Source: a virus. Taken from it: a stretch of 39,380 nucleotides of DNA. Under the pieces are notes generated by a model. That model ran no database searches. It saw only the letters and a program-made list of their open reading frames with translations, and was not told the origin of the DNA. This document shows, one piece after another, positions 8,250-17,075 of this stretch; positions within the stretch are counted from its first letter, which is position 1, and every line of letters begins with the position of its first letter. Location: IMG/VR virus record IMGVR_UViG_3300045988_151958, positions 1 through 39,380 of that record, one strand, 5' to 3'. The translations under genes and the position numbers were made by a program.

Positions 8250-8269
8250 GGGGCGCTATAATGCGCCCC
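8250..8269 (+). promoter_or_regulatory. 7-bp GC hairpin with a TATAAT loop just upstream of the capsid gene
   Basis: GGGGCGC-TATAAT-GCGCCCC followed by ATCCCCCTCTTTCTT. Could be a -10 element, an attenuator or an RNA stability element. Confidence 0.4.
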
Positions 8270-8295
8270 ATCCCCCTCTTTCTTGCGAGAACGCA

Positions 8296-9210
8296 ATGTC
8301 TGAACTGATCAAATCCCTGCTGAACCTGGACGAAGCTGGTAGCGCCCTGGTTTCGAGCAAACTGCAAGCCGTGTACGGCGGTCTGCTGCAGTCGCTGGCT
8401 GTCCAGCCCGAGTCCGTCCGCCTGTTCCCCGTGTTGGGCGAAGGTATGGGCGCTCACACGTCGGTCGAGTCGAGCGAGTACGACTCCTATGGACGTGCCC
8501 AGATCGTGCACAACAAGGCAACGGACATCCCCGCTGCCGACATCGGCAAGATCAACCGCAATGCCAACCTGTTCCAGATCGCCAACTACATCTGCTTCAG
8601 CACGATGGAGCTGGAAGTTGCTGCCCGCACCGGCTCACCGCTGGACGCTGGCAAGCACCAGGCCGCAATGATCGCCCAGGCCGCCGAGATCGATCGCATC
8701 TTCTGGCAGGGCGATGCCTCCTACGGTATCACGGGCTTCAACGGCTTCAACTTCGCTCAGGTTGACCTGAAAGCTGACGGCACTGGCAACAGCAAGACCT
8801 GGGAGTCGAAAGGTGCCGCCGAGATCGCCCGAGACATGCGTGCCCTGGTTCGTTCGATCGCCGTCAATACGAACAGCCTTGTGCGTGCCGATACGCTGTA
8901 CCTGTCTGGCGACGCGATGGAACTGGCTGCCACGAAGAACATCAACGGCAAAACGGCTCTGGCGATCTTTGCCGAGACGATGCCCGGCGTGAATGTGATC
9001 GAATCCGTGGCGATGAAGACCCTTGGTGGCAAGGACATCCTGGCCATGCAGAAGTCGGCTGCCGTGGGCGGTATCTGGCTGCCGATGTTCGGCTACCGCC
9101 ACCCTGAGCAGCGCGAAGGTCTGGGCATCAAGACGATCTTCGAAAGCCGCACCGCTGGCCTTGTGATCGGCAACAGCAAGGCCATCGTGACCGCCACCGG
9201 CATCGTGTAA
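8296..9210 (+). CDS. major capsid protein (DUF2184-like)
   Basis: 304 aa from the ATG at 8296 (MSELIKSLLN...). The track start at 8239 would cover the hairpin. Synteny with the DUF2213/DUF2190-like genes, and a terminator follows. Confidence 0.7.
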   Translation: MSELIKSLLNLDEAGSALVSSKLQAVYGGLLQSLAVQPESVRLFPVLGEGMGAHTSVESSEYDSYGRAQIVHNKATDIPAADIGKINRNANLFQIANYICFSTMELEVAARTGSPLDAGKHQAAMIAQAAEIDRIFWQGDASYGITGFNGFNFAQVDLKADGTGNSKTWESKGAAEIARDMRALVRSIAVNTNSLVRADTLYLSGDAMELAATKNINGKTALAIFAETMPGVNVIESVAMKTLGGKDILAMQKSAAVGGIWLPMFGYRHPEQREGLGIKTIFESRTAGLVIGNSKAIVTATGIV

Positions 9211-9230
9211 ACTACACGGTGAACCAGAAA

Positions 9231-9258
9231 GCCCTGCTTCGGCGGGGTTTTCTTTTTT
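9231..9258 (+). terminator. rho-independent terminator after the capsid gene
   Basis: GCCCTGC-TTCG-GCGGGGT stem-loop followed by TTTTCTTTTTT. Confidence 0.7.
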
Positions 9259-9270
9259 GGAGATGCCGCA

Positions 9271-9501
9271 ATGCTGAAGACCTACCGCAACCCCTACAGC
9301 TTCACGCTAGTCATTGGTTCCTATGCCGTCCGCGCGGGCGAAACGATCGAGCTGACCGGGTACAACGGCTCCATGCTGGTGCTCGCGTCTGATGAAGCGG
9401 TATCCACCCCTGCCGTGACCGAGTCCGTCGCCGAAGAGCCCGTGACCGAAGAGAAGTCCAAGCGCGCCCGCAAGGCCGCTGTCGAGCCTGAGGTGGAGTG
9501 A
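9271..9501 (+). CDS. hypothetical small head-associated protein
   Basis: 76 aa. GGAG-type RBS (ttggagatgccgcaATG). Acidic C-terminus. Confidence 0.5.
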   Translation: MLKTYRNPYSFTLVIGSYAVRAGETIELTGYNGSMLVLASDEAVSTPAVTESVAEEPVTEEKSKRARKAAVEPEVE

Positions 9502-9878
9502 TGACCGAACAGGAAGTGCTTGACCAGATCGCCGCCCTGGGCGAATCGTCGGCCGGCATGACGCTGTTCGTCAAGCTGGCGATGATGTGGGGTAAGCTGG
9601 CGAAGCTGCCACCCGAGAAGGTGGCCTTTGCTGCAGCTCTGTACGCCCTGCATCTGAAGGCCACGCGGTCACAGTCGGCTCAGGTGCTGACGGAGCGTGA
9701 GGGCGACCTGTCTCGCACATACGCCAACACGCAGGGGAAAGACCCCTTGGACTGGAGTTTCTGGGGGCGGATGCTGAAAGACCTACTGGAGGCCGAGGGG
9801 CAGACTACGGAGTACCACACCCCGGGGTTTCTGGTGAGTCCATACACGGAAGGCGACGGCTGTGGCTGTAATCGATAA
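9498..9878 (+). CDS. head-tail connector / adaptor (putative)
   Basis: 126 aa. ATGA-type overlap with the upstream gene. Assigned by position in the head-to-tail joining block. Confidence 0.45.
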   Translation: MMTEQEVLDQIAALGESSAGMTLFVKLAMMWGKLAKLPPEKVAFAAALYALHLKATRSQSAQVLTEREGDLSRTYANTQGKDPLDWSFWGRMLKDLLEAEGQTTEYHTPGFLVSPYTEGDGCGCNR

Positions 9879-10287
9879 GCGCGCCACGTGGGACAAGATC
9901 AAGGCATCCATCCTACGGATGCCTACGGTTGATGTCGGCGTGCTTGATCCGAACGTGGCCATCTACGCCGCCGTGCATGAGTACGGCAGCAGCGACGGCC
10001 ATACGCCCGCCCGCCGGTGGCTGACCAAGGGCATCGAGGACAACGGGATGGCGGTGCAGGCAGCAATGGCAGCCACGGCAACGGCAATCCTGGACCAGCG
10101 GGTCACCAAGGCCAAGGCTGTCGACAACCTCGGGGCCGACGTGGCCGACATCGTGCGGGCACACGTCAACTCCGCCAACTTCCCGCCGCCGCTGAAGACC
10201 GAGACCGTGCGTCGCAAGGGGCACGCAAAGGCGATGGTCGATAGCGGCAAGATGATGGAATCAATCACGCACAGGGTGAACAAATGA
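9862..10287 (+). CDS. HK97 gp10-like head-tail joining protein
   Basis: 141 aa. AIYAAVHEYGSSDGHTPARRWL resembles the gp10-family E-x-G...P-x-R-P/W motif. Confidence 0.55.
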   Translation: MAVIDKRATWDKIKASILRMPTVDVGVLDPNVAIYAAVHEYGSSDGHTPARRWLTKGIEDNGMAVQAAMAATATAILDQRVTKAKAVDNLGADVADIVRAHVNSANFPPPLKTETVRRKGHAKAMVDSGKMMESITHRVNK

Positions 10288-10631
10288 GTCAATTCCGAAA
10301 ACCAACGATGTTCTCGTGGAATCATCCCGGCCGCTACGAGCGCGGCCAGTGGGTTCCTGGCGCTCGCGTCGAGCGCGAGATTCAGGCGTCGGTGCAGCCG
10401 ATGTCGATGCAGGACATCGCCGACATGCCTGAGGGCGAGCGCCATGGCCAGATGATCAAGGCGTACTTCGACGACGACACGGTTCCGGTCCATCAGTTCA
10501 GCCAGGACCGCATCGAGCTGACGCATGCCGGCTTCCAGTGGGTTGTGATCAGCGATGAGTGGCACAACAGCGATGTGATCAGTCACCGCAAGGTCGTCGC
10601 ACGGCGCATTGTGACGGAGACCCACGAATGA
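10284..10631 (+). CDS. head closure / neck protein (putative)
   Basis: 115 aa. Overlapping start and stop with neighbours; assigned by synteny. Confidence 0.4.
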   Translation: MSQFRKPTMFSWNHPGRYERGQWVPGARVEREIQASVQPMSMQDIADMPEGERHGQMIKAYFDDDTVPVHQFSQDRIELTHAGFQWVVISDEWHNSDVISHRKVVARRIVTETHE

Positions 10632-11080
10632 CCCGTGACGAGCTGTACGACTACCTGAAGGCGGCCGGTGCCCCGGAGGTTGTGTGGGCCTACCAGAACG
10701 CGCCGAGACCTCGGCCGCCTTACGTGCTGGTCGAGGAGACTGGCGTCGGTGTCACGCGGGAGGAGTACTGCAGTCAAGACGCCCGGCGCTGGGCTGAGTA
10801 CGCGGTTACGTGCCGCATCCAGTACCACGGCCCTAGCGCCCTGCTGGCACTGTCGCTGATCCGATCCAAGGCCCCGCGGCTTCGTTGGAGTGGCGACGTA
10901 CAGCGAATCCCAGCCAGTCTGGAGGACGTCCGCTGGGAGGATCGGGCGACATGTGACGCTGCATTCCACCTGCTGCAGCCGCTTAACGAGCCTGGCGGCG
11001 ATGGTATCATTGACGCTGTTTCCACGGCGCCGACGATTGACGAGCGTGCGTGGCCTGCATTCATCACACGGAGGCCTTGA
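10628..11080 (+). CDS. tail completion / terminator-like protein (putative)
   Basis: 150 aa from the ATG at 10628 (ATGA overlap with the upstream stop). MTRDELYDYLKAAGAPEVVWAYQNAP resembles DUF3168-type proteins. Confidence 0.45.
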   Translation: MTRDELYDYLKAAGAPEVVWAYQNAPRPRPPYVLVEETGVGVTREEYCSQDARRWAEYAVTCRIQYHGPSALLALSLIRSKAPRLRWSGDVQRIPASLEDVRWEDRATCDAAFHLLQPLNEPGGDGIIDAVSTAPTIDERAWPAFITRRP

Positions 11081-12135
11081 TGGCAACTCTGGACGATATC
11101 GTCTCGGTGGACATCCACCTGAACACGACCGGCGTTGGCCGGGCGAACTTCGGGACCATCATGGTCTTCAGCCGCAACACGGACTACGTGTCCGGCAAAG
11201 CGCCCGCCCCCGACTCGGTCACAACCTACAACCGCCTGTCCGACACCACGGAAGCGATTGCCGCTGGAACACCGACGGCCAAGGTACTGGCCGCCATCTT
11301 CTCTCAGTTGCCGCGCCCGCGCCAGGTGAAGGTCTTCATGGCCGCGCTGGGTGCATCCGACCCGTGGAAGGCCGAGCATCTGGCCAAGACCATCCAGAAG
11401 GACGCGGACTGGTACTGCGCCGTGATCGCCGGTGAGTCGAACGACTTCATGTCGTTCGCCAAAGCGATCGAGGGCGAGCGCCGCCTGTTCGTGACCGATC
11501 AGATCACGCCGAAAGCCGCCAAGGACCAGAACCTGTACCGCACGGCCGTGATCGTTGGTGCCGAAGCTGGCGGTGTGACTGCTGGTGCTTGGGCTGCCAA
11601 GTGCCTTGGCTACGCCGCCGGCAGCGAGACCTGGGCACTGAAGCAGCTGGCTGGTGTGCAAGCAGCATCGCTGACCCCGCAGCAGGACCAGGAAGTGCTG
11701 AACAACAACGGCACCGTGTTCAGCCGGATGAGCGCGAACCTGAACCTGACCCGTGGCGGAAAGGTTGCTGGCGGCGAGTGGGTTGATGTGATCCGCTTCC
11801 GCGACTGGCTGCAGGACGTGATGCAAACCAATCTGGTGGCCACGCTGATCAATCGCCCGAAGCTGCCCTACACCGACGAAGGTCTGGCCGTCATCGAGTC
11901 CTCGATGATCAAGAGTCTGGAAGAGGGCGTGAAGGCCGGCGGCGTGATCGACTGGCGTGACAACGGCGAAGGGCAGCTGGTCCGCGGCTACACCGTGACC
12001 GTCCCGCAAGCCAAGGATGTGCCCTTCAACATCAAGGCATCCCGTACGGCTCACGTGTCGTTCTCGGCCTATCTGACCGGCGCGATCCACGCGATTGAAG
12101 TGACCGGCTCCTTCACCTACGACGGCGCTCTGTAA
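11080..12135 (+). CDS. tail sheath protein (DUF3383-like)
   Basis: 351 aa from the ATG at 11080. The size and its position directly before a 140-aa tube-like gene match the DUF3383/DUF3277 contractile-tail pair. Confidence 0.65.
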   Translation: MATLDDIVSVDIHLNTTGVGRANFGTIMVFSRNTDYVSGKAPAPDSVTTYNRLSDTTEAIAAGTPTAKVLAAIFSQLPRPRQVKVFMAALGASDPWKAEHLAKTIQKDADWYCAVIAGESNDFMSFAKAIEGERRLFVTDQITPKAAKDQNLYRTAVIVGAEAGGVTAGAWAAKCLGYAAGSETWALKQLAGVQAASLTPQQDQEVLNNNGTVFSRMSANLNLTRGGKVAGGEWVDVIRFRDWLQDVMQTNLVATLINRPKLPYTDEGLAVIESSMIKSLEEGVKAGGVIDWRDNGEGQLVRGYTVTVPQAKDVPFNIKASRTAHVSFSAYLTGAIHAIEVTGSFTYDGAL

Positions 12136-12144
12136 TGACACCCG

Positions 12145-12161
12145 CCCGGGCTTAGCCCGGG
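12145..12161 (+). promoter_or_regulatory. 7-bp hairpin between the sheath and tube genes
   Basis: CCCGGGC-TTA-GCCCGGG with no U-tract. Possibly an RNA stabiliser or processing site. Confidence 0.3.
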
Positions 12162-12182
12162 TTCACCCCAAAGGATTCTGCA

Positions 12183-12605
12183 ATGGCAATCACCCAAGCT
12201 TTCAACCCGGCTGACACCGTGGTGACCATCGGTCACGTGACGGTCAGCAACCTGTCGGAAGATGACGCCGTCGTCATCGAGCGCCGGTCGGACGGTATGC
12301 AGTTCGCCGTCGGCCTGGATGGCAAAGTGGCCCCCACGCTGTCGGCCGACCAGACCGCCACGATCAAGATCAGCGTACTGGCCACCTCGGACACGCACAA
12401 GGCCCTGCAGGCGCTTACCGGCTACGGCACCCCGGCGCTGTCCACGGCATCGATCCCCATCACCGTGATCGACAAGTGGTCTGGTACCCGGCTGGCGCTC
12501 GCGCCGGTCTGCTACCTGTCCAAGGGGCCCGGCCTGAACATCAGCAAGTCCCTCGGCTCGCGTACCTGGGAGTTCCTTGCTGAGAGCGTCATCACGTCGT
12601 TCTGA
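12183..12605 (+). CDS. tail tube protein (DUF3277-like)
   Basis: 140 aa. AAAGGA RBS. Follows the sheath gene and is followed by a terminator. Confidence 0.6.
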   Translation: MAITQAFNPADTVVTIGHVTVSNLSEDDAVVIERRSDGMQFAVGLDGKVAPTLSADQTATIKISVLATSDTHKALQALTGYGTPALSTASIPITVIDKWSGTRLALAPVCYLSKGPGLNISKSLGSRTWEFLAESVITSF

Positions 12606-12607
12606 GC

Positions 12608-12616
12608 TGCTATAAT
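12608..12616 (+). promoter_or_regulatory. extended -10 element TGcTATAAT
   Basis: TGCTATAAT sits just after the tube stop, in the loop of a weak GCTG/CAGC hairpin. Confidence 0.3.
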
Positions 12617-12630
12617 CAGCGGCAACACGG

Positions 12631-12672
12631 CCCGCCTCGCTGATACGTCGGCGCTGGCGGGTTCTTTTTTTT
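12631..12672 (+). terminator. rho-independent terminator after the tube gene
   Basis: CCCGCC...GGCGGG stem followed by TTCTTTTTTTT. Confidence 0.6.
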
Positions 12673-12683
12673 GAGGACAAGCA

Positions 12684-13061
12684 ATGCAGATCGAATCCAT
12701 CATCAACGGCCGCACCTACCGCTATATGCGGCTCAACGCATTCGACGCTCACAAGCTGGTGTTGCAACTGGTGAAGACCATCGGGCCGGCGCTGGGGTCT
12801 GTGTCGATGGAAGCAGATGTAGCCGCTCTCGTCGGGAAACTGGCCGAGATCGGCGACCCCGTACAGGACATCGCCCTCCCGATGTGGCAGAAAGCTGCCA
12901 TGACGTGTGATGGCAAACCCCTGCGCTCCGAGGCCGACGTGAACGCCCTGTTCACGGCCGAGGATATCGCCGACCTGTACGAACTGGCCGTGGTCAGCAT
13001 CAGGGGACAGGTCGGCCCAGCTTTCACGAAGGCGCTCACCCGGTTTGGCGCCCATTCGTGA
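12684..13061 (+). CDS. tail assembly chaperone (putative)
   Basis: 125 aa, between the tube and tape measure genes. Confidence 0.55.
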   Translation: MQIESIINGRTYRYMRLNAFDAHKLVLQLVKTIGPALGSVSMEADVAALVGKLAEIGDPVQDIALPMWQKAAMTCDGKPLRSEADVNALFTAEDIADLYELAVVSIRGQVGPAFTKALTRFGAHS

Positions 13062-13267
13062 GAGGGCATGAGGATGGGGCGCTACCCGGCCGGCTCCGGG
13101 CTGATGTTGAAGAGCAGTTTGTTGTCTGGCGCCCCATCCTTGAAGGCATGGTCTCCCTGGAGGCCGTGGAAACCGGGGCCGTCTCTCTGGAGCGGCTGAT
13201 GCAACTGAATGGCCTGCTGGACATGCGGGCTGCAATCCAACGCGAGGCAGCAGATGATCGTTCGTGA
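13058..13267 (+). CDS. -1 frame ORF overlapping the chaperone end; possible frameshift extension
   Basis: The -1 frame is open from 12911 to 13267 and ends inside the tape measure start. I found no canonical X XXY YYZ heptamer. Confidence 0.3.
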   Translation: MRGHEDGALPGRLRADVEEQFVVWRPILEGMVSLEAVETGAVSLERLMQLNGLLDMRAAIQREAADDRS

Positions 13268-14675
13268 ACTCGTGACCCGACTTGGGTTTCAGACCGACAC
13301 GGCGTCGCTTCAGAAATACGAAGGGGCCGTGGATCAGGCCAAGCGAACCACGGAGAAGGCCGCCTCGGCGATGAAGGCGGCGTTTGCGCTTGTTGGTGCG
13401 GCTGGCCTGGCCGCGTTTGGTCGCAAACTGGCCGAGGTGGGTGACCGCATTAACACGATGCGGGATCGCCTGAAGTCCCTGTCCCAAGGCGGCGATTTCG
13501 ACCAGCTAGCCGACCGTGCACGCAGCCTCGGCTCCAGCATGGATTCATACATCGACGGCTACATCATGCTGGCCAACGCAACCGACGGCGTGCTTTCCAA
13601 CCAGCAGGAAGTGACCGAGATTCTGGACACGCTCAACGCCGGCCTGAAGGCCAGTGGGGCGGATGCGGGCACGGCCGCCGGTGTGATGCGCCAGTTCGGC
13701 CAGGCACTGGGGTCCGGGGCCCTCCGCGGCGATGAGCTGAACTCGATGAACGAGGGTGCCGGCGTCCTGATGCGTGAGCTGGCACGGGCAATCCTCGGGC
13801 CGCAAGGCACCGTCGGTGCTCTGAAGAAGATGGCCGAACAGGGCAAGCTGACCACGGAGGTCGTACTGGCCGGCATGCGGAAGATTGGCCCGGGGCTCCG
13901 TGCACAGACCGAGGGCATGGGGCGTACCGTTGGTCAGGCCACGCAAGGTCTGAAGGACACCATCGACCGTGTGATTGCCAGATTCGACGCGGCAACTGGG
14001 TTCACCAAGCGGCTGGCCGATGGCCTGGACTGGATGTCTCGGTCAATCGAGCGAGGCATCGAGTATTTGGGCGGCATGGACGCCATCGTCACGACACTAG
14101 GCGTCACGCTGGGCGTGATGGCTACTGCGCACCTGCCTGCTGTAGTCGCCGGTCTGACAGCCGCCGCCAGGGCCGCCTGGGCATTCATGGCTCCGTTCCT
14201 CCCGATGCTGGCCGCTGTCGCTGCTGTATTCCTGGTGGTGCAGGACCTGTACACCTGGATCAATGGGCAGGACTCGGTGGCGGGTCGGTTGTTCGGGGAC
14301 TTCAATGAGGTAGCGGACCGGGTGCGGATGCGGATAATGCAGGTCAAGGATTGGATCGACGAGGTGACGGGCGCCGCGAAGCGGATGTGGCAGCAGGTCG
14401 CGACCGTGGACGGATGGAAGGAGATCGCCGGTAATGTCGGCAAAGGCGTCAGTGACGGCGCCAGTGCGATCGGAGGCGCTGTCGGCGGGTTCGTGTCTGA
14501 CACGGCGTCGTCCGCCTGGGCGAGTCTCAAAGAAACCTTCGGCTTCCGGCAGGAGGTCAACGCTACCACAACAATCAACATTCAGGGCAAGGCGGATCAG
14601 GCTACAATCAACGAGATCGGCCGCGTGACTGAACGATCGGTACGTGGGGCCGCCTCGGAGGCTGTGAAGCGATGA
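13254..14675 (+). CDS. tail tape measure protein
   Basis: 473 aa from the ATG at 13254 (GAGG RBS). GALRGDELNSMNEGAGVLMRELA is a tape-measure-domain-like motif. There is a central hydrophobic segment. Confidence 0.8.
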   Translation: MIVRELVTRLGFQTDTASLQKYEGAVDQAKRTTEKAASAMKAAFALVGAAGLAAFGRKLAEVGDRINTMRDRLKSLSQGGDFDQLADRARSLGSSMDSYIDGYIMLANATDGVLSNQQEVTEILDTLNAGLKASGADAGTAAGVMRQFGQALGSGALRGDELNSMNEGAGVLMRELARAILGPQGTVGALKKMAEQGKLTTEVVLAGMRKIGPGLRAQTEGMGRTVGQATQGLKDTIDRVIARFDAATGFTKRLADGLDWMSRSIERGIEYLGGMDAIVTTLGVTLGVMATAHLPAVVAGLTAAARAAWAFMAPFLPMLAAVAAVFLVVQDLYTWINGQDSVAGRLFGDFNEVADRVRMRIMQVKDWIDEVTGAAKRMWQQVATVDGWKEIAGNVGKGVSDGASAIGGAVGGFVSDTASSAWASLKETFGFRQEVNATTTINIQGKADQATINEIGRVTERSVRGAASEAVKR

Positions 14676-15286
14676 ACTACGTGATTGACGGGCGCTCGGG
14701 TGTCCTGAAGAGCTGGGGCACCCTGAATGCCGACATCCAGCTGACGGCCGTCACCTCGTTCGAGGTCAAGGATCAGCGGAAGCTCTCCACCTATGCTGGT
14801 GCCTGGGGTGGCTTCGACGTGATGACCGGCATCGGTCCAACGGAGCGTGTGCTGACGGTCAAGGGGCGGGTTAGCAACGACCTGTCGTCCCGAGACGCCA
14901 CAGCCCGCGTGCGTGCCACACTGGATCGCCTGATGGCATCACAGGAGCCGGTCGCCTACGTGAGCCCCGTGGCCAGCATCCCGCGTGGCGTGCTGACCGG
15001 CGTGACCATCACACAGTCCGGTGTTACGGCCATCGACGTGGAGCTGACCATTCGGGCCGTGCGGACCGTGGAGGCCGAATCCGTGGCAGGCGAGAAGGCG
15101 CCACCCCGGGCCAAGAAGGGCGCTGGCAAGGACGTGGCGGCGCCAACAGGCAAGGCCGCCGCCACGGCCAGCAAGGCCAGCCAGCCGGCCGCCGGCGAGC
15201 CGGCAAAGTCCAAAAGCCTGTTGCTGCGCCTGAAGGATGGCGGCAGTGATGCACTCTCGGAGCTTTCCAATTGGCTGAAAAAGTGA
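14672..15286 (+). CDS. tail/baseplate-proximal protein (function uncertain)
   Basis: 204 aa. ATGA overlap with the tape measure gene. Lys/Ala/Pro-rich low-complexity C-terminus. Confidence 0.4.
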   Translation: MNYVIDGRSGVLKSWGTLNADIQLTAVTSFEVKDQRKLSTYAGAWGGFDVMTGIGPTERVLTVKGRVSNDLSSRDATARVRATLDRLMASQEPVAYVSPVASIPRGVLTGVTITQSGVTAIDVELTIRAVRTVEAESVAGEKAPPRAKKGAGKDVAAPTGKAAATASKASQPAAGEPAKSKSLLLRLKDGGSDALSELSNWLKK

Positions 15287-15486
15287 CGTACACACAGGTC
15301 TCCGGACAGGCCTACTCATGGCGCCGTGATGGCGCTACGTTCGGCGTGCGCTGGAATCGGCTGCTGTGGCAGTGGGTTGTTGTGGTCGAGTTCAAGGGCT
15401 GGAGGGCGGTCGGTAACGGCCGGGCTGCCGTGGATGGCGCCAGTATCCGGCATGTGGGCGATGGAGTGTTTGAATGCAAGATGTGA
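15271..15486 (+). CDS. small tail protein, hypothetical
   Basis: 67-71 aa (TTG at 15271 or GTG at 15283, the latter overlapping the upstream stop). Confidence 0.35.
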   Translation: MAEKVTYTQVSGQAYSWRRDGATFGVRWNRLLWQWVVVVEFKGWRAVGNGRAAVDGASIRHVGDGVFECKM

Positions 15487-16223
15487 CCGTTACCCTGGTG
15501 GGCGAGGATGGCAGCTACCGCCTGGTAGGCGCCTGCAGTCAGATCACCGTGACCCGGGCCGAAGACGGTAAGGCATCGGACGTGGAAGTGACGCTACAGG
15601 ACGTGCCGCGAGCCATTGGCCAGCAAGCCACGGGCGGCGCCTACCACACGGTCCGGATCGAACATCCGGTTCTGCCGATCTCGGCCGACGTGGTACGGGT
15701 CAACTGGAATGCCGTTGACGGCACGCTGCTTATCACGGGGGGTGAGGATGCCGCCCGATGGAACACGAAGCGTGTAGCCCTGTCGTTCGCATCTGATGTG
15801 CCGCTGTCAACCGTGGCGCAGGCTGTGGCTGGTGCGATTGGCCTGCCCGTCATCGGGGCGGATTCGGCTATCCTGCCGACCTGCCCCCGGACATTCTCCT
15901 GCCTCTGGCGCGACGCCATGCGACAGGTCTTCGGCCGCAAGTGGGCGGTTACAGCCTCAGGCGTTGTGTGCGGCGGTCAGGCGGCGGCGGTCACGATCAA
16001 CGATCAGACCGCCTACGGCGTCACGGCTGTCAACCGCGAGCGCCTGGACGACGGCAGCGTCACGGTCAAGGCCACGATCGTGCTACCGCTCACGCCGTGC
16101 GACGTGGGGGCTCGTGTGGCCGGCCTTGTGGGCGAGATTGGCGTGGCGGGCCGCGTGACCCGCGTGACCCACGTGATAACATTCGATGAATCGTTGACAA
16201 CCATTGAGGTTGAGCGTGAGTGA
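15474..16223 (+). CDS. baseplate hub-like protein (putative)
   Basis: 249 aa, directly upstream of the spike gene. Assigned by synteny with Mu/P2-type baseplate modules. Confidence 0.4.
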   Translation: MQDVTVTLVGEDGSYRLVGACSQITVTRAEDGKASDVEVTLQDVPRAIGQQATGGAYHTVRIEHPVLPISADVVRVNWNAVDGTLLITGGEDAARWNTKRVALSFASDVPLSTVAQAVAGAIGLPVIGADSAILPTCPRTFSCLWRDAMRQVFGRKWAVTASGVVCGGQAAAVTINDQTAYGVTAVNRERLDDGSVTVKATIVLPLTPCDVGARVAGLVGEIGVAGRVTRVTHVITFDESLTTIEVERE

Positions 16224-16752
16224 CGTTCAGATCGTGACCGGTATCATCAAGACCGTGCGCGGGGCGCTGGCCGTGGTGACGCCGGATGGCACCGGAGACG
16301 ATGGTGCCCCATGGCCGGATGTACAGGACTGCCGCCTGCTGACGCTGACGGGCTCTGGCGGCTCCGCCGCCCTGGCCATGATGCCGCTGGTCGGCGATGC
16401 GTGCCTGCTGCTGTTCGTGGGTGAGGACAAGACAAGCCCTTACTGCCTGCCGTGCAGCGTGTCCGCCCCTCAGACCGTGCAGCTTCGGCACGCCAACAGT
16501 CACGTGACGGTCCACCAATCCAGTGTCGAGGTCTACACGGGGGGCAGCGCCATGATCACCGCCAACGACGCACGTGTGGAAGCTTCCAGCGCCACGATCC
16601 GGGCGGCATCCATCTCCCTGCAAGGCAATGTCACCGTGACCGGCAGCCTGTCCGTGGCTGGTGCGATGACCAACGGCGGCAAGAACATCGGTGCTGGCCA
16701 CCGGCACAGCAACGGTACGGCACAAGACGGCAACACTGGAGCGGTCATCTGA
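16216..16752 (+). CDS. baseplate central spike (gpV / Mu gp45-like)
   Basis: 178 aa from the GTG at 16216 (GAGG RBS; the track start is TTG at 16204). C-terminal GAGHRHSNG resembles the HxH spike-apex motif. Confidence 0.6.
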   Translation: MSDVQIVTGIIKTVRGALAVVTPDGTGDDGAPWPDVQDCRLLTLTGSGGSAALAMMPLVGDACLLLFVGEDKTSPYCLPCSVSAPQTVQLRHANSHVTVHQSSVEVYTGGSAMITANDARVEASSATIRAASISLQGNVTVTGSLSVAGAMTNGGKNIGAGHRHSNGTAQDGNTGAVI

Positions 16753-17075
16753 TGCGAGGCCTGAGACTCAATGCGGACGGCGACCTGCATACGGGCGAGC
16801 TGGCCGAGACCGACGAAACGATTGCCCAGTCATGCGCCATCGCCCTGCAGGCATGGAAGGGCGAGAGCCCGCTACAACCCGATCGCGGCACCGACTGGCA
16901 CCTGCTAGCCGCTCACGGCAAGGAGCAGGAAGTTGTGTCGGCCGTTGTGGCTGCCGTTAACCGTGTGCGCGGGGTCAGTACCTTCGGCATCACTGGTGTT
17001 AGAATTGACCCGACCACACGGGTAGTATCCGTGGACCTTCAGATCAACGGAACCGGAACCACGATCGATGTTTGA
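16752..17075 (+). CDS. baseplate wedge protein (gpW/gp25 or Mu gp46-like)
   Basis: 107 aa from the ATG at 16752 (TGATG overlap), between the spike and J-like genes. Confidence 0.5.
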   Translation: MRGLRLNADGDLHTGELAETDETIAQSCAIALQAWKGESPLQPDRGTDWHLLAAHGKEQEVVSAVVAAVNRVRGVSTFGITGVRIDPTTRVVSVDLQINGTGTTIDV

